This document shows positions 52,719 to 64,000 of a stretch of 64,000 nucleotides of DNA, one piece after another. Within the stretch, counting starts at the first letter, position 1. Every line of letters starts with the position of its first letter. The DNA is from Batkoa obscura (lineage: Eukaryota): NCBI GenBank assembly GCA_030770535.1, contig JASVEC010000029.1:620001-684000 (forward strand). Reading direction: 5' to 3'. The notes under the pieces were generated by a model. The model had not been told where the DNA came from. It ran no database searches and was given only the letters and a program-made list of their open reading frames with translations. The position numbers and the translations under genes were made by a program.

Positions 52719-55114
52719 ATGATTAGAACATTATCAAAGAAATTTTGTTTAAAAGTAAGCATATATATTATATATAGTTATACTCGTCATTAACTAACAA
52801 CAATTGATTTAATTATTATATTTAATAGTCTCAAAGTAAGTAGTTTTCATTTTTTTAAAATGATTAACTAATAGTAATATATAGAGTCTTTAATTAGAGC
52901 TTCTGGATTTCATAACTGCTCAACGTCATATAAGATTTTTGGCTCACAGCCATTAAATGCAAAGTCAGCAGAAGTAAATTTTATTAAATATACAACAAAT
53001 CCAAAATAATAAACTTATTCTTTTAGTCTTTACTAAAAGATTATCCAATTATTGATCATCAATATGATGCTGTAGTAGTTGGTGCTGGTGGTGCTGGTTT
53101 ACGTGCTGCTTTTGGTTTAGCTGAAGCTGGTTTTAAAACCGCATGTATCACTAAACTCTTCCCTACTCGCTCACATACTGTAGCTGCCCAAGTAATCTAA
53201 ATTATCACTATTACTATCAAACTTACTTACTATTTAAAGGGTGGTATTAACGCTGCTTTAGGAAATATGGGAAAAGATGACTGGAGATGGCATATGTATG
53301 ATACTGTTAAAGGCTCTGATTGGTTAGGTAACTCCTATTGTTTATCAAGATTTCATATATCAAAACAAATTAGGTGACCAAGACGCTATTCATTATATGT
53401 GTCGTGAAGCACCTAACACTGTCATCGAACTTGAACATTATGGTGTACCTTTCTCTCGTACTGAAGAAGGCAAAGTCTATCAACGTGCTTTTGGTGGTCA
53501 AAGTTTAGATTATGGAAAAGGTAGAGCTATGACAAAACTATTGCATTTAACTAATCATAAAATAATTAGGTGGACAAGCTCATCGTTGCTGTGCTGTAGC
53601 TGATAGAACTGGTCATGCTATTTTACATACATTATATGGACAATCTTTACGTTACGATACCACTTACTTTATTGAATACTTTGCTTTAGATTTAATCATG
53701 GAAGATGGTGAATGTAAAGGTGTTATTGCTTTAAATATGGAAGATGGTACTCTTCATCGTTTCCAATCTCATCAAACTGTACTTGCTACTGGTGGTTACG
53801 GTCGTGCTTACTTTTCTTGTACTTCTGCTCACACCTGTACTGGTGACGGTAATGCTATGGTTGCACGTGCTGGCCTTCCACTTCAAGATCTTGAATTTGT
53901 TCAATTCCACCCTACCGGTATTTATGGATCTGGATGTTTAATCACTGAAGGTATTAGTTTGTTTCGTATATTTGGTAATAATTTTAATTATAAATTTAGG
54001 TTCTCGTGGTGAAGGAGGTTATCTTCTCAACAGTGAAGGAGAACGATTCATGACACGTTATGCTCCAACCGCTAAGGATCTTGCTTCTCGTGACGTTGTA
54101 TCACGTTCAATGACAATGGAAATCCGTGATGGTCGTGGTGTTGGACCTGAAGGTGATCATATTTACCTCCAACTTTCCCATTTACCTGCTGAAATCCTTC
54201 GTGAACGTCTCCCTGGTATTTCAGAAACCGCTGCTATTTTCGCTGGTGTTGATGTCACTAAAGAACCAATTCCAGTCATCCCAACTGTTCATTATAATAT
54301 GGGTGGTATCCCTACCCTTTACACTGGTGAAGTAATTGATCATAAGGTAAAATTGATATATAATATTCTAGAATAGTAACTAAATTATGTGTATTAGAAC
54401 GGTAAAGATACTATTGTCCCTGGTTTATATGCCGCTGGTGAAGCTGGATGTGTATCAGTCCACGGTGCTAATCGTCTTGGTGCTAACTCTTTACTTGATA
54501 TTGTTGTCTTTGGACGTGCCTGTGCCCTTCACATCGCCGAAAACAATAAGCCAGGTAAACCACATAAGCCACTTTCACCTACTGCTGGTGCTGAAACTAT
54601 ATCTGAGCTTCATAAGCTTCGTATGGCTGATGGTAAACACAGCACTGCTGATATCCGTCTTAAAATGCAAAAGACTATGCAAAGGGATGCTGCCGTTTTC
54701 CGTACTCAAGAATCTCTTGATGAAGGTTCAGTTAACATAATGAAGGTCAATGAGTTATTTAAGGATGTTAAAGTAACAGATCGTACAATGATTTGGAATA
54801 CCGATTTAGTTGAGACATGGGAACTTAAGAATTTACTTACAAATGCTTGCCAAACTATGATTTCAGCTGCCGCTCGTAAAGAATCAAGAGGTGCTCATGC
54901 CCGTGAAGATTTCCAGGTATGTTATGCACAATTATAATAATAATCTTTATACTAACTTTTATAGAAACGTGACGATGTTGAATGGATGAAACATACCATT
55001 TCTCGTCAAGATCCAGAGACTGGTAAAGTAGAATTAGAATACCGTGGAGTCCAAGCAAATACTTTAGATGAAAATGAGTGTAAATCTGTACCTCCATTTG
55101 AGCGTAAATACTAA
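52719..55114 (+). CDS. SDH1: Succinate dehydrogenase flavoprotein subunit (multi-exon)
   Basis: [57 protein letters not shown]. Confidence 0.98.
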
Positions 55115-55337
55115 TTTTATATTTTAAAACTTGATTAAAATAAACGTTGAATAAAAAATAATTTTAAAAAATGACATTTACAACTGAAAATCATTAATTT
55201 ATTATAATACAAAATATTCAAATAATAATGTTTAATAAATTTGTTAAATTCAATTTGTTTTTGTCACCACATTTATCGTGAATTTACATTTTAAAAAAAT
55301 AAAAAAAAGAGCTACTTTTATTTCAAAAAAAACCAAA

Positions 55338-56545
55338 ATGATGAAACAAATATCAAGATTTGAGCCAAACCATGACGATTTAGTGCATTCATTAAGTTAT
55401 GATTTCTATGGGACTAAATTAGCGTCTTGTTCAACAGATCAAAAGATTAAAGTTTACTCTTTTAACTCAACAAAGTTATCTTGGATGCTATCTGAAAGCT
55501 GGAAAGTAATAGTTTTATTTATTGTTAAAATTAAATCATTAATATTTAGGCACATGAAGCAACCATATTAAAAGTATGCTGGGCTCATCCTGAGTTTGGC
55601 ACCATTATAGCTTCTTGTTCAGCAGATAGAACTGTTAGAATATTTGAGGAGACTCTAGTGGAACATAATTATAATAACTTATCTGGAACAACAAATAACA
55701 AGAGATGGGTAGAAAGAGCTAAGTTAATAGAGTCAAGGGGCCCAGTAATGGATATTCAGTTTGCGCCATCTCACTTAGGATTAAAATTGGTAATAAACAT
55801 TTAATATTATTGTCAATTGCTTATAAATAGGCAACTGTTTCCTGTGATGGTTATGTTAGGATCTATGAAGCTATGGATGTCATCAACTTAAATAACTGGA
55901 GTTGTATGGAAGAGATACCCATCGAAAATATACCAACCAATAAAGAAGGATTTCAAGAAGGGCTTTGTTTATCTTGGTGTCACTCAAAGTTTTGTTCCCC
56001 ACAAATAGCAGTTGGTTGTGGTCCAGATAACTGTGTTAAACTGCTTAGAAGTGACCAGTCAACGAATGGTAAGTTTCAATTTAAAGAAAAATTATTTGAT
56101 CATGAAGGGCCAGTTCATTCTGTAAGTTGGGCACCCAACTTTGGTAGGTCGTTTGAGTTGATAGCTACTGGTAGTAAAGATACAAAAGTACGACTTTTTA
56201 AACTTTTTGATCCAACTTATTATGCTTCTAACTCAGAAAGTACACTTAATTATGAGATTGATATTATTGCAAGTTTTAATGAACATAGTATGGAAGTATG
56301 GAAAGTAGAGTTTAATATTTTAGGCACTATTTTAGCATCTTCAGGCGATGACGGTAAGGTGTTGTTATATAAAGGTATTGATAAAATAAAATATGAATAG
56401 TTTAGTTTTATTAAATTCATTTCTAGCTAGTCATGGAGTAGATTGGAAATGTATGAGTATTATTTCTTCAGATACAAACCAACAACCACCAAATCTAATG
56501 TCAAATATTAACCATAATAATGGTTTTGATATTACACAAGAATAA
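55338..56545 (+). CDS. SEH1: WD40 nucleoporin/SEA complex subunit Seh1
   Basis: HDDLVHSLSYDFYGTKLASCSTDQKIKV, WAHPEFG, FAPSHLGLKL, WAPNFGRS, GTILASSGDDG. Confidence 0.92.
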
Positions 56546-56719
56546 ATTAGCTTACAAATGAAATAAAAGTAAAATTATAAAATATCTTTATTATATTATT
56601 TATTATATAATATTGGTAATTTTGTTTATTGTTAAATATTAATAAAATCAAAAATGAGCTAAATATTATTAAATCAATTCAGATTATAATAATATAACAA
56701 TATAATAATATATTTTAAT

Positions 56720-57883
56720 TTATTGATCTAATTGTTGACCAAGTTTAGAAACAATACCAACTACTTCATTACCAATTTCATTAGTGATAGCATCAAGTGG
56801 AAGATCATTAGCATCATAACCAAATGGATTCTCAATCTCTTGACCTATAGCATCAATACCATATAGGGTAAATGCTACAATGGAAATAATTGGTACAGCA
56901 TAGTATTTAAGCTCAGTAAGTGTAAAAGGCAAAAAGAGCAAATAGAGAGTTACAGCTTGCTTCAAATGAATAAGGTAAGCAAGTGGAATAGGAGTACGCA
57001 TAATACGTTCTAAGCCAGATAAAGAGTCAACTAAACTAGTTAAATACCCATTCATGGCATTGTTAGTTTGAGGATCAATTAAATTATTTTGGCGTTTAGA
57101 AAATACATATTTGTTAATATAAAAGATAATATCAATTGGTAAATTAACTGATACAGCATCAAAATCAACCTTAAGGGAAGTAGTGTCAGAATTAAAAGAG
57201 CCATAACCAGATTGATGAAATTTACGCTGTGTTAATACATTACTCCCTTTAGTTCCAAAATCATTAACACTAGTAAGGTTTGGTAAGCTAGTAGGCTCAT
57301 GAGTTGGCCCTGCATAAGTCATATCAACCGGTTGGAATTTTTCAGAGCGAATATCAACTGGAAGTAAGTGATCTAACTCTTGATGACGAGATTCAAGCTC
57401 ATCTCTCAAATAATGCTTAGTTGCTAACGCAAATGCTATAGTATACTTCATAACATCCATCTTTTCCCATATATCATTATTGTTTTGTGTAGGAACCATA
57501 TAAATTGCTCTAACCAAGTTTCTTATGCTAGATTTAATAACAGTCCATAAACGACGCCCTTCATAGTACCTATCATAAGCAGTATTTGTACGAAATACTA
57601 ATAGTAAACCAACAACAACAGAAAGGGAAGGAACTAAAAATTATAGTTGAGTTAAATTTCAATAAATGATCAAATTTAGTTAATTACCTATGCTATTTGG
57701 GAGGTTAACATGATAAACATTTTGATTAATATAAATAATTAAAATTGTATAGAGAGTGGTAAAAATAACTGGAGTAATAACTGAAGGTATAACTGAACCA
57801 GTAAATCTAAAGAAATCTGGATAAGATATGATTTTTCTCTCTAATGTCGGAGATACGTAAGAATTATCAAGTGAAATTGCCAT
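56720..57883 (-). CDS. Bestrophin-like (UPF0187/YneE) membrane protein
   Basis: GLLLVFRTNTAYDRYYEGRRLW, LERIMRTPIPLAY, IGQEIENPFGYDANDLPLD; one intron. Confidence 0.92.
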
Positions 57884-58552
57884 TTTATTATACAAATAGT
57901 GTTAGATGCTAGCAATTAAATGGTTAACAATGTTCATAAAATCTAAATATCCACTGTTTAAACCATCTATACCAAATTGAAATGGAAAGCAATATGATTG
58001 GCTAATTAAAAAGCATGATGCGTTCGACTCACAATAATTATTTGATGGCACTGGACTTGTTTTATATAATAGTAATATCAAATATTTTTTACATTAATTC
58101 ACTTTTAAAGGTCCATTTTACTACTGAAATATGTGGTATAATTTAAATTATTTGAATCCCTCTACCATAAAAATTGTTGGTCAAAAAAACCTTATCAATG
58201 AAAATACATTTGCGGTAATTAAAAGTGATTAAAAAAAATTATGTAGCATTTCTTATCATAAAATATATTAAAAATAGCTAATTAAGTTTAAAGCAGTAAT
58301 ATAATGATATTTTTATATCACTAAATAGGTAGATATTAGTAAGCTTACTTTGGCTAAGCTTACTTTGAATATTACATACAATCTTTTCTTTGTTTAATAC
58401 TTTTTGTAATTTCATTTGAATATTTAACGATACCAACCAAAAAATTCCAAAATAGGAAATTTCAGAATTGGAACAATAAAATTATAATTTATTGCCAATA
58501 TAAATGTAACTTTAATAAAACTGATATCTTTTTTATTAGTCTTTTAATTAAT

Positions 58553-59344
58553 ATGAACGCTTTTGCTTTGTACTTACTCACTCTGGTCAGTGTAGTTTTA
58601 TCACGTCCAAATCTTCGTATCGTTGGTGGCTCAGATGTTAGCAAACCATTTAAATACCCATTTATGGTCTCTATATTAAAGAATGATGTTCATATCTGTG
58701 GTGGAACTTTATATCATGGTAACATGGTAATAACCGCAGCCCATTGCTCGCCAAAAAGTGGCCAAGTACATCTCCACAGTGCAGAGACCCATCGTCATAA
58801 CCTTGAGCTTTTTTATAAAGAAGAAGGTGGTATGAAATATCAAGTTGAATCTGTTTACACTAACTCAAAATTTGATCTTACTACTGGTGCACATGATATA
58901 GCAGTTTGGGAGTTAGATGCACCATTTAATAAAGAAGCTGGTATTGAACTTGATGATGGAAGTATAGGTAATCAAACAGAATTTCCTCTCAAGTTTATTG
59001 GTTGGGGGATAACTGATACTAAAGAAGTTGCAACCATATTACAAGAGGTTGTTTTACCAATTATTGACTTTGATAAGTGTAATAAAAAATATGACAATAC
59101 TTTAATAAAACAAGCTCAATTTTGCACAATGGATAATGAACAAAAGAAAGATGCTTGTCAAGGTGACTCTGGAGGCCCAGCTTTTGTAAAGCGAGGTGAT
59201 AAGTTCATATTAGTAGGTGTTACTTCTTTTGGTGAAACATGTGGCCATAGTGAGTTTCCAGGTGTCCAAACTCGTGTTTCTTCTTATAAAGGATTTATTG
59301 ATAGCATTGTTGACATGATTAATAAAAACGAAACTAGAGTTTAA
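58553..59344 (+). CDS. Secreted trypsin-like serine protease (S1A)
   Basis: Signal peptide, R-IVGG, TAAHC, HDIAVW, DACQGDSGGP; intronless. Confidence 0.96.
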   Translation: MNAFALYLLTLVSVVLSRPNLRIVGGSDVSKPFKYPFMVSILKNDVHICGGTLYHGNMVITAAHCSPKSGQVHLHSAETHRHNLELFYKEEGGMKYQVESVYTNSKFDLTTGAHDIAVWELDAPFNKEAGIELDDGSIGNQTEFPLKFIGWGITDTKEVATILQEVVLPIIDFDKCNKKYDNTLIKQAQFCTMDNEQKKDACQGDSGGPAFVKRGDKFILVGVTSFGETCGHSEFPGVQTRVSSYKGFIDSIVDMINKNETRV

Positions 59345-59624
59345 GTTCTGTATCAAATGGACCCCTTTACTAAATTACTATATTTCATGTTATTTGTAAT
59401 TAAAATATGAATCAGAAAATCAAATTATTTGCAAATTATAAAACTGTTCAAAATATTAATATGATTAAAAATAAGTTAATACATTTGATAATCTAGTATC
59501 TTAATTTTGTTAGACTTTATTAAAGACATTAAAAACTCAACTCTAAACAAAGTCTGTTATTATTTTATTCAATCTATAACATTAAATCAAACCCTTTTAT
59601 CCCAAGAGAATAATATCAGTTAAT

Positions 59625-62324
59625 TTATTCATTTAACTCCTTTAATGATTTGATTAGCATATCATGTTCTGGTTCAGTTTCATATGAATCGGATGTTCTT
59701 GAAATGAGACTTTTTAAAAGCATTTTTGATTGAAATTTCCAGTCTTTACATACAATTTCTCCAGGGGAATTTGGGTTATCTAGGGGACCAAAATTAGAGT
59801 AGGCATCAACTAAATCGATTGCAGTTGTTGAGCATAAAGAAAATGCATCATGCGAAGTTAAAAGATCTGGATGATTAAGGATACAGCGATAAGCTTTTAT
59901 ATGACTATCCAATGCCTTTGAAGGATCCTGCTTTGGACCAAGAGTATAAAATTTAGCTTTAAGTAACCATATTTCATTATTGCCAGCAACTTTAGACGTA
60001 ATATCATCAAGAAGTGTTTCCAACTGATTAGCATGTCTAAAGGATCCATTACCTGAACCATCTTCAATATCAGTTTGTACAGAATTGATTACGATTGATA
60101 ATACTTCTCTATCAATGCATTGATCTTTAACGGTCTCCCATCTTAAATCTAGAATACGTTTTATGGCTCTCATAGCTAAATTGAAATGGCCCAAATCAAC
60201 GGCAGTGTATTGTAAATTTGTCCACATTTTCCAATTACCAGGGCTATATTTAAGTGCTTGTTGAAGAGATATTAAAGCTTCAGGTTTCTTTCCTTTTCTT
60301 ATATATATAGTTGCTAAATTATTCCATGCTTCACCGTTGTCAGGGTCAATTGAAGTTACCTTTTGGAAACATTTTTGTGCATTATCCCAATCATCGATAT
60401 GCATAGAAGCACAGCCACAAATAAACCATGAGTTCTCAAACAGAGGATTTATTTTTAAAGCGTTTAAATAACAATCTCTACTTTTATCAAATTCGTTTTT
60501 ACCATAATAATGAGCTCCTAAAGCACGCATAGCACGAGAAAATCGATTGTTTGAAGCTTCCCAAGATTTATACCACCATTCTGGCTCATTTAATACATCA
60601 CCTTTAAGGCATAACATTTTGGCGGAATTCGGGTTGATTTCTAATTGATGATCAACTACTTTGATGGCTTTTTCTGGCTGTTCTAACAATTTATAACATT
60701 CAATTATCTGTTCATACATTTCTAGTTTTTCGTAAATTTCTAATGCTGATTTAATTACACCCAAAGACATAAATTTTTCAGCTAATTCTTTTTCCAATTC
60801 CCATTTTGAAGGAATTAAAATTGAATAAAAGCTCAACATTCTCTCAGTTACATGCCCATCTCGATCATTAAATTGATCAACTAAAGCTTGTAATTGAAAA
60901 ACAGATCTTTCAATTGTACGTGACTTGAAACCTTCTAATCTAGATCTTAAAATGAGCCCCATAGTATGCACCATCCAGTTAACTGGGTTTTCTAAAACTC
61001 TAGTAACATAAGGAAACATTTCTTCACGAGTAAGCCCAGCAACAGGATTTGAGTTCTTTACGTTAATGCATAATGCTAATAAAATACACTGATCAATGAT
61101 TTTAAGTGTGCTTTGGTTAGTAACATCAACCTCATCTTCATCTCCTTTTGACGCGACTTCTGAGAATTTTACTTTCTCTAAAAGAGTGTCATCATTCAAA
61201 TCTAAAGTTTCTGGAACGATTTGAGAGCCATCATGGTTGGATTTAGTATCGACTTCATGCTCGTCATTTTCATCTGGTCTACTTTTAGCCCAGAGAACTA
61301 ATTGTGTAATATCATTTTGTTGAAACTTTGTTCTTTTTCCTAGAGCACCTGTTAATTTCCATTTTAACCCAGTGCATTCTTGAGCTTTAGTGTACTGTTC
61401 TACTGCATTTTTTTCGTTATAAAAGTGATGATGATACAATCCCAGTTCAACGTAATAGCGTGCTCTTAATTCTTGAACTTGCTGAGTACTCAAGCAATTT
61501 TCTGAGTCGCTAACATCTTCTAAGCCAAAGCTTGGTAAAGCAGTTAATGCCTTATTCATTTGAACTTCTAACTTTTCTAAAGTACTTCCAGTTGGATTAT
61601 CTAAAATTCTTTCTCTAATCCAATGACAACGAGATGACCACCAGTATAAAGTTACAAGATCGTTATCGTCATCATCATTAACTAAGGTATCAAACAATAT
61701 CAAAGCCAACCACAATAATATTGGCTTTGGAGTCAAATGATAAGCTTCTTCACCATCAACTGATATCTTGCTTAGAATTGCATTGTTTAATAAAGGTGAA
61801 CCACCGCTGGTTAGTTCGAGAGGTAGCAATGTCATTATATCTAACTTTGAATCAGGTCCAGTCCACCCGATTTGAATGAATAAGCTTAATAAAGAAATAC
61901 CTAAAGATTGTATAAGGAACTTATTAACCTTGCTTCCTTTTAAAAAGTTTGAAACATTTGATTGAAGTTTATTTTCATACTTTGAAGCCAGTTCTTCAAT
62001 ATTTGATTGTTCAAATTCGCTATCTTCTATGAAATACTTTCCTGAATATAATAACTCTTTGCTTTGGTCTGATAAAATAACATCTTCGTAATCACCATCT
62101 AATATCAAGTTCGTTGCATGAAGAGCTTTACGTGCTGGATATAAGTTTATATCTACTTCTCCTGATTCAATTCTTTTCAAATGTTCTTTTAAGTCTGACT
62201 TAGAGTTAGCACTTCCAGCTAATATTATTAACCACTCAAGATCGTTTATTGATAGCCCATCTTTTATTATCTTTGATCTTTTATTAATTCTTTGATCTTT
62301 CTCTGTTGTAGTATTACTTTCCAT
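59625..62324 (-). CDS. EMW1: TPR protein Emw1/TTC27
   Basis: LTGALGKRTKFQ, NWMVHTMGLILRSRLE, TIERSVFQLQALVDQ, TPR repeats (GEAWNNLA, NWKMWTN). Confidence 0.9.
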   Translation of the reverse strand: MESNTTTEKDQRINKRSKIIKDGLSINDLEWLIILAGSANSKSDLKEHLKRIESGEVDINLYPARKALHATNLILDGDYEDVILSDQSKELLYSGKYFIEDSEFEQSNIEELASKYENKLQSNVSNFLKGSKVNKFLIQSLGISLLSLFIQIGWTGPDSKLDIMTLLPLELTSGGSPLLNNAILSKISVDGEEAYHLTPKPILLWLALILFDTLVNDDDDNDLVTLYWWSSRCHWIRERILDNPTGSTLEKLEVQMNKALTALPSFGLEDVSDSENCLSTQQVQELRARYYVELGLYHHHFYNEKNAVEQYTKAQECTGLKWKLTGALGKRTKFQQNDITQLVLWAKSRPDENDEHEVDTKSNHDGSQIVPETLDLNDDTLLEKVKFSEVASKGDEDEVDVTNQSTLKIIDQCILLALCINVKNSNPVAGLTREEMFPYVTRVLENPVNWMVHTMGLILRSRLEGFKSRTIERSVFQLQALVDQFNDRDGHVTERMLSFYSILIPSKWELEKELAEKFMSLGVIKSALEIYEKLEMYEQIIECYKLLEQPEKAIKVVDHQLEINPNSAKMLCLKGDVLNEPEWWYKSWEASNNRFSRAMRALGAHYYGKNEFDKSRDCYLNALKINPLFENSWFICGCASMHIDDWDNAQKCFQKVTSIDPDNGEAWNNLATIYIRKGKKPEALISLQQALKYSPGNWKMWTNLQYTAVDLGHFNLAMRAIKRILDLRWETVKDQCIDREVLSIVINSVQTDIEDGSGNGSFRHANQLETLLDDITSKVAGNNEIWLLKAKFYTLGPKQDPSKALDSHIKAYRCILNHPDLLTSHDAFSLCSTTAIDLVDAYSNFGPLDNPNSPGEIVCKDWKFQSKMLLKSLISRTSDSYETEPEHDMLIKSLKELNE

Positions 62325-62812
62325 ATTTATAAATTCGATATATTATATTCCAATTATACTATGCTAAAGTTTAAAAGTATTATTTCAATCAATTTGGTTT
62401 TGTACTTTTTTCAAAGTGGTTCAAGCCTCAAGAAGCTTCTGGAATTAAGGGATGCATTTGAATATCAAATTTCATTCCTTCAACCTATCATTTCCTCAGG
62501 ATATAGTCTACAATAATGTTTGATAGGAGGCCTAAACTCACCTGTCACCTGATTACTAATACACCCATTTATTTGTTACTTTGGCTATAAATTGGGTTGC
62601 AGTAAGGGATTATATTTTGCAAAATTTAAACCAAACCCTTGACTTGTTTATGAATAACTCAAACTGTTTTTGATAGAAGTTTTATCCTTTTGGGTAAATC
62701 TAATTTCTAAACATTGTAAAATTTGATAAAATTGTAAAATTGTCCCATAATTTATACTTTCGAAAACGTGGATTTCCAATACAATTTTGAATAGCATTTT
62801 TTAATATTCAAA

Positions 62813-63589
62813 ATGACATTATTTTCAAGCAGCAGGGGAATGTTAAAATCCCTTGAAAGAAATCTCAACCATGTAATATTCAAAGGAAACAACCAATTTA
62901 TAAATTTTAGACGCTTTGTGGCCAGTAAGCACAGTTATTCTTCTGCTATTGAAACTGAAATGCCATCCATTACCTCGTTATCTAAAAAAGGGTTCAATTT
63001 AAAAGATCATAGAAAATACCAAAATATGTTATTAGCAAACACTAAATTTTACTGCTTGGATCAACCACTTTTAGGAATTAAAAAAGATGGCTCGATTACA
63101 GATTGGGCTTTAATGCCATCTTTGACCAAAGAAGAATTTGATGTAAACTTAGCATTTAACGCTAAAGAAACCAACGATGTATTTGATGGTAAATTTTTAT
63201 ATGTAAATAATCTTTTAATTTATTTAAAATTTTAAGAATTGGAGAAGGCTCATAAATATGAAGCAGCCTTTGAGCGTTTTCACGAATCTATCCCAGAAGA
63301 TGGCCCATTAGAAGTTCAATACATAAATGGAAATGAGAATAGTATAGCACTCAGTATTCAAAAAGAGAATAGGGATAATGATGACGAAATGGCATTAAAG
63401 GATACGCAAGTAGATATAATGTTAGATAATATATTAGACTCTATGAATAACCCTATACGCAGTAAAAGAAGGCGTGTTGGTTACTATACTACTAGTGTAT
63501 TGAGAAAACGTCGACTTAAGATGAATAAGCATAAATATAAGAAGCTCCGCAAACGTACCCGTGCCCTTCGTAAACGTCTTAATAAATAA
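62813..63589 (+). CDS. COX24: Mitochondrial ribosomal protein mS38/Cox24-like (DUF1713)
   Basis: Presequence-like N-terminus; C-terminal SVLRKRRLKMNKHKYKKLRKRTR; one intron near 63189-63236. Confidence 0.8.
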
Positions 63590-64000
63590 ACTTAGAACTA
63601 CTCTATTTTAAAAAAGGGCCAAGTTCATATTATAGAGTAAGTTTTGTTTTATAGTTGTATTTTCTATATACTTATCGTATTATTAATCTGTTTATTTGAC
63701 AAACATATAGCTATATAAAAGCCTTATTTTTTATTTCATTGATGGAAAAAGTTTTGTCTATAATCAAAAGTATCATTAATTATAGATAACTATTTATTTG
63801 TAAAATGTTTTTTCTTCTCTAATGCATACATATCTTTTAAAAAAACAATCTTGTGTTTTCTTATTTTTGTATATTATTGATTTATTTTAGCAATCTATAT
63901 ATAGAAATTTATAAGCAACTATGACATGAGTAAATTAATTTATACTATTAATTATATCATATATAGTAGATCCGCCTTATATCATCTTGTGAAGCCTATT

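Overview
Eukaryotic, very AT-rich, gene-dense fungal genomic DNA with many short (about 40-75 nt) GT-AG introns. The gene set (DASH subunit Dad3, Sfi1-like protein, Acr3, PARG, two intronless secreted trypsins) and composition suggest an early-diverging fungus, probably Conidiobolus/Neoconidiobolus-like (inference, not verified). About 30 protein-coding genes were reconstructed by manual splicing, four of which are absent from the ORF track (Yippee/Moh1, Dad3, LYRM2-like, Cmc4). No rRNA, tRNA, CRISPR or autonomous transposon could be supported. The most notable observations are: (1) an acyltransferase gene whose conserved P-x-F-G-W-G-M motif is only restored by a single-nucleotide exon (G43457); (2) six copies of a roughly 100-bp TA-flanked MITE with terminal inverted repeats, three lying 207-241 bp upstream of start codons; (3) several long frames broken only by in-frame stops, including a 470-codon transcription-factor-like frame with two TAGs; (4) a canonical PARG head-to-head with a Tctex1D2-like dynein light chain. 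No complete new multi-gene system could be demonstrated from sequence alone.
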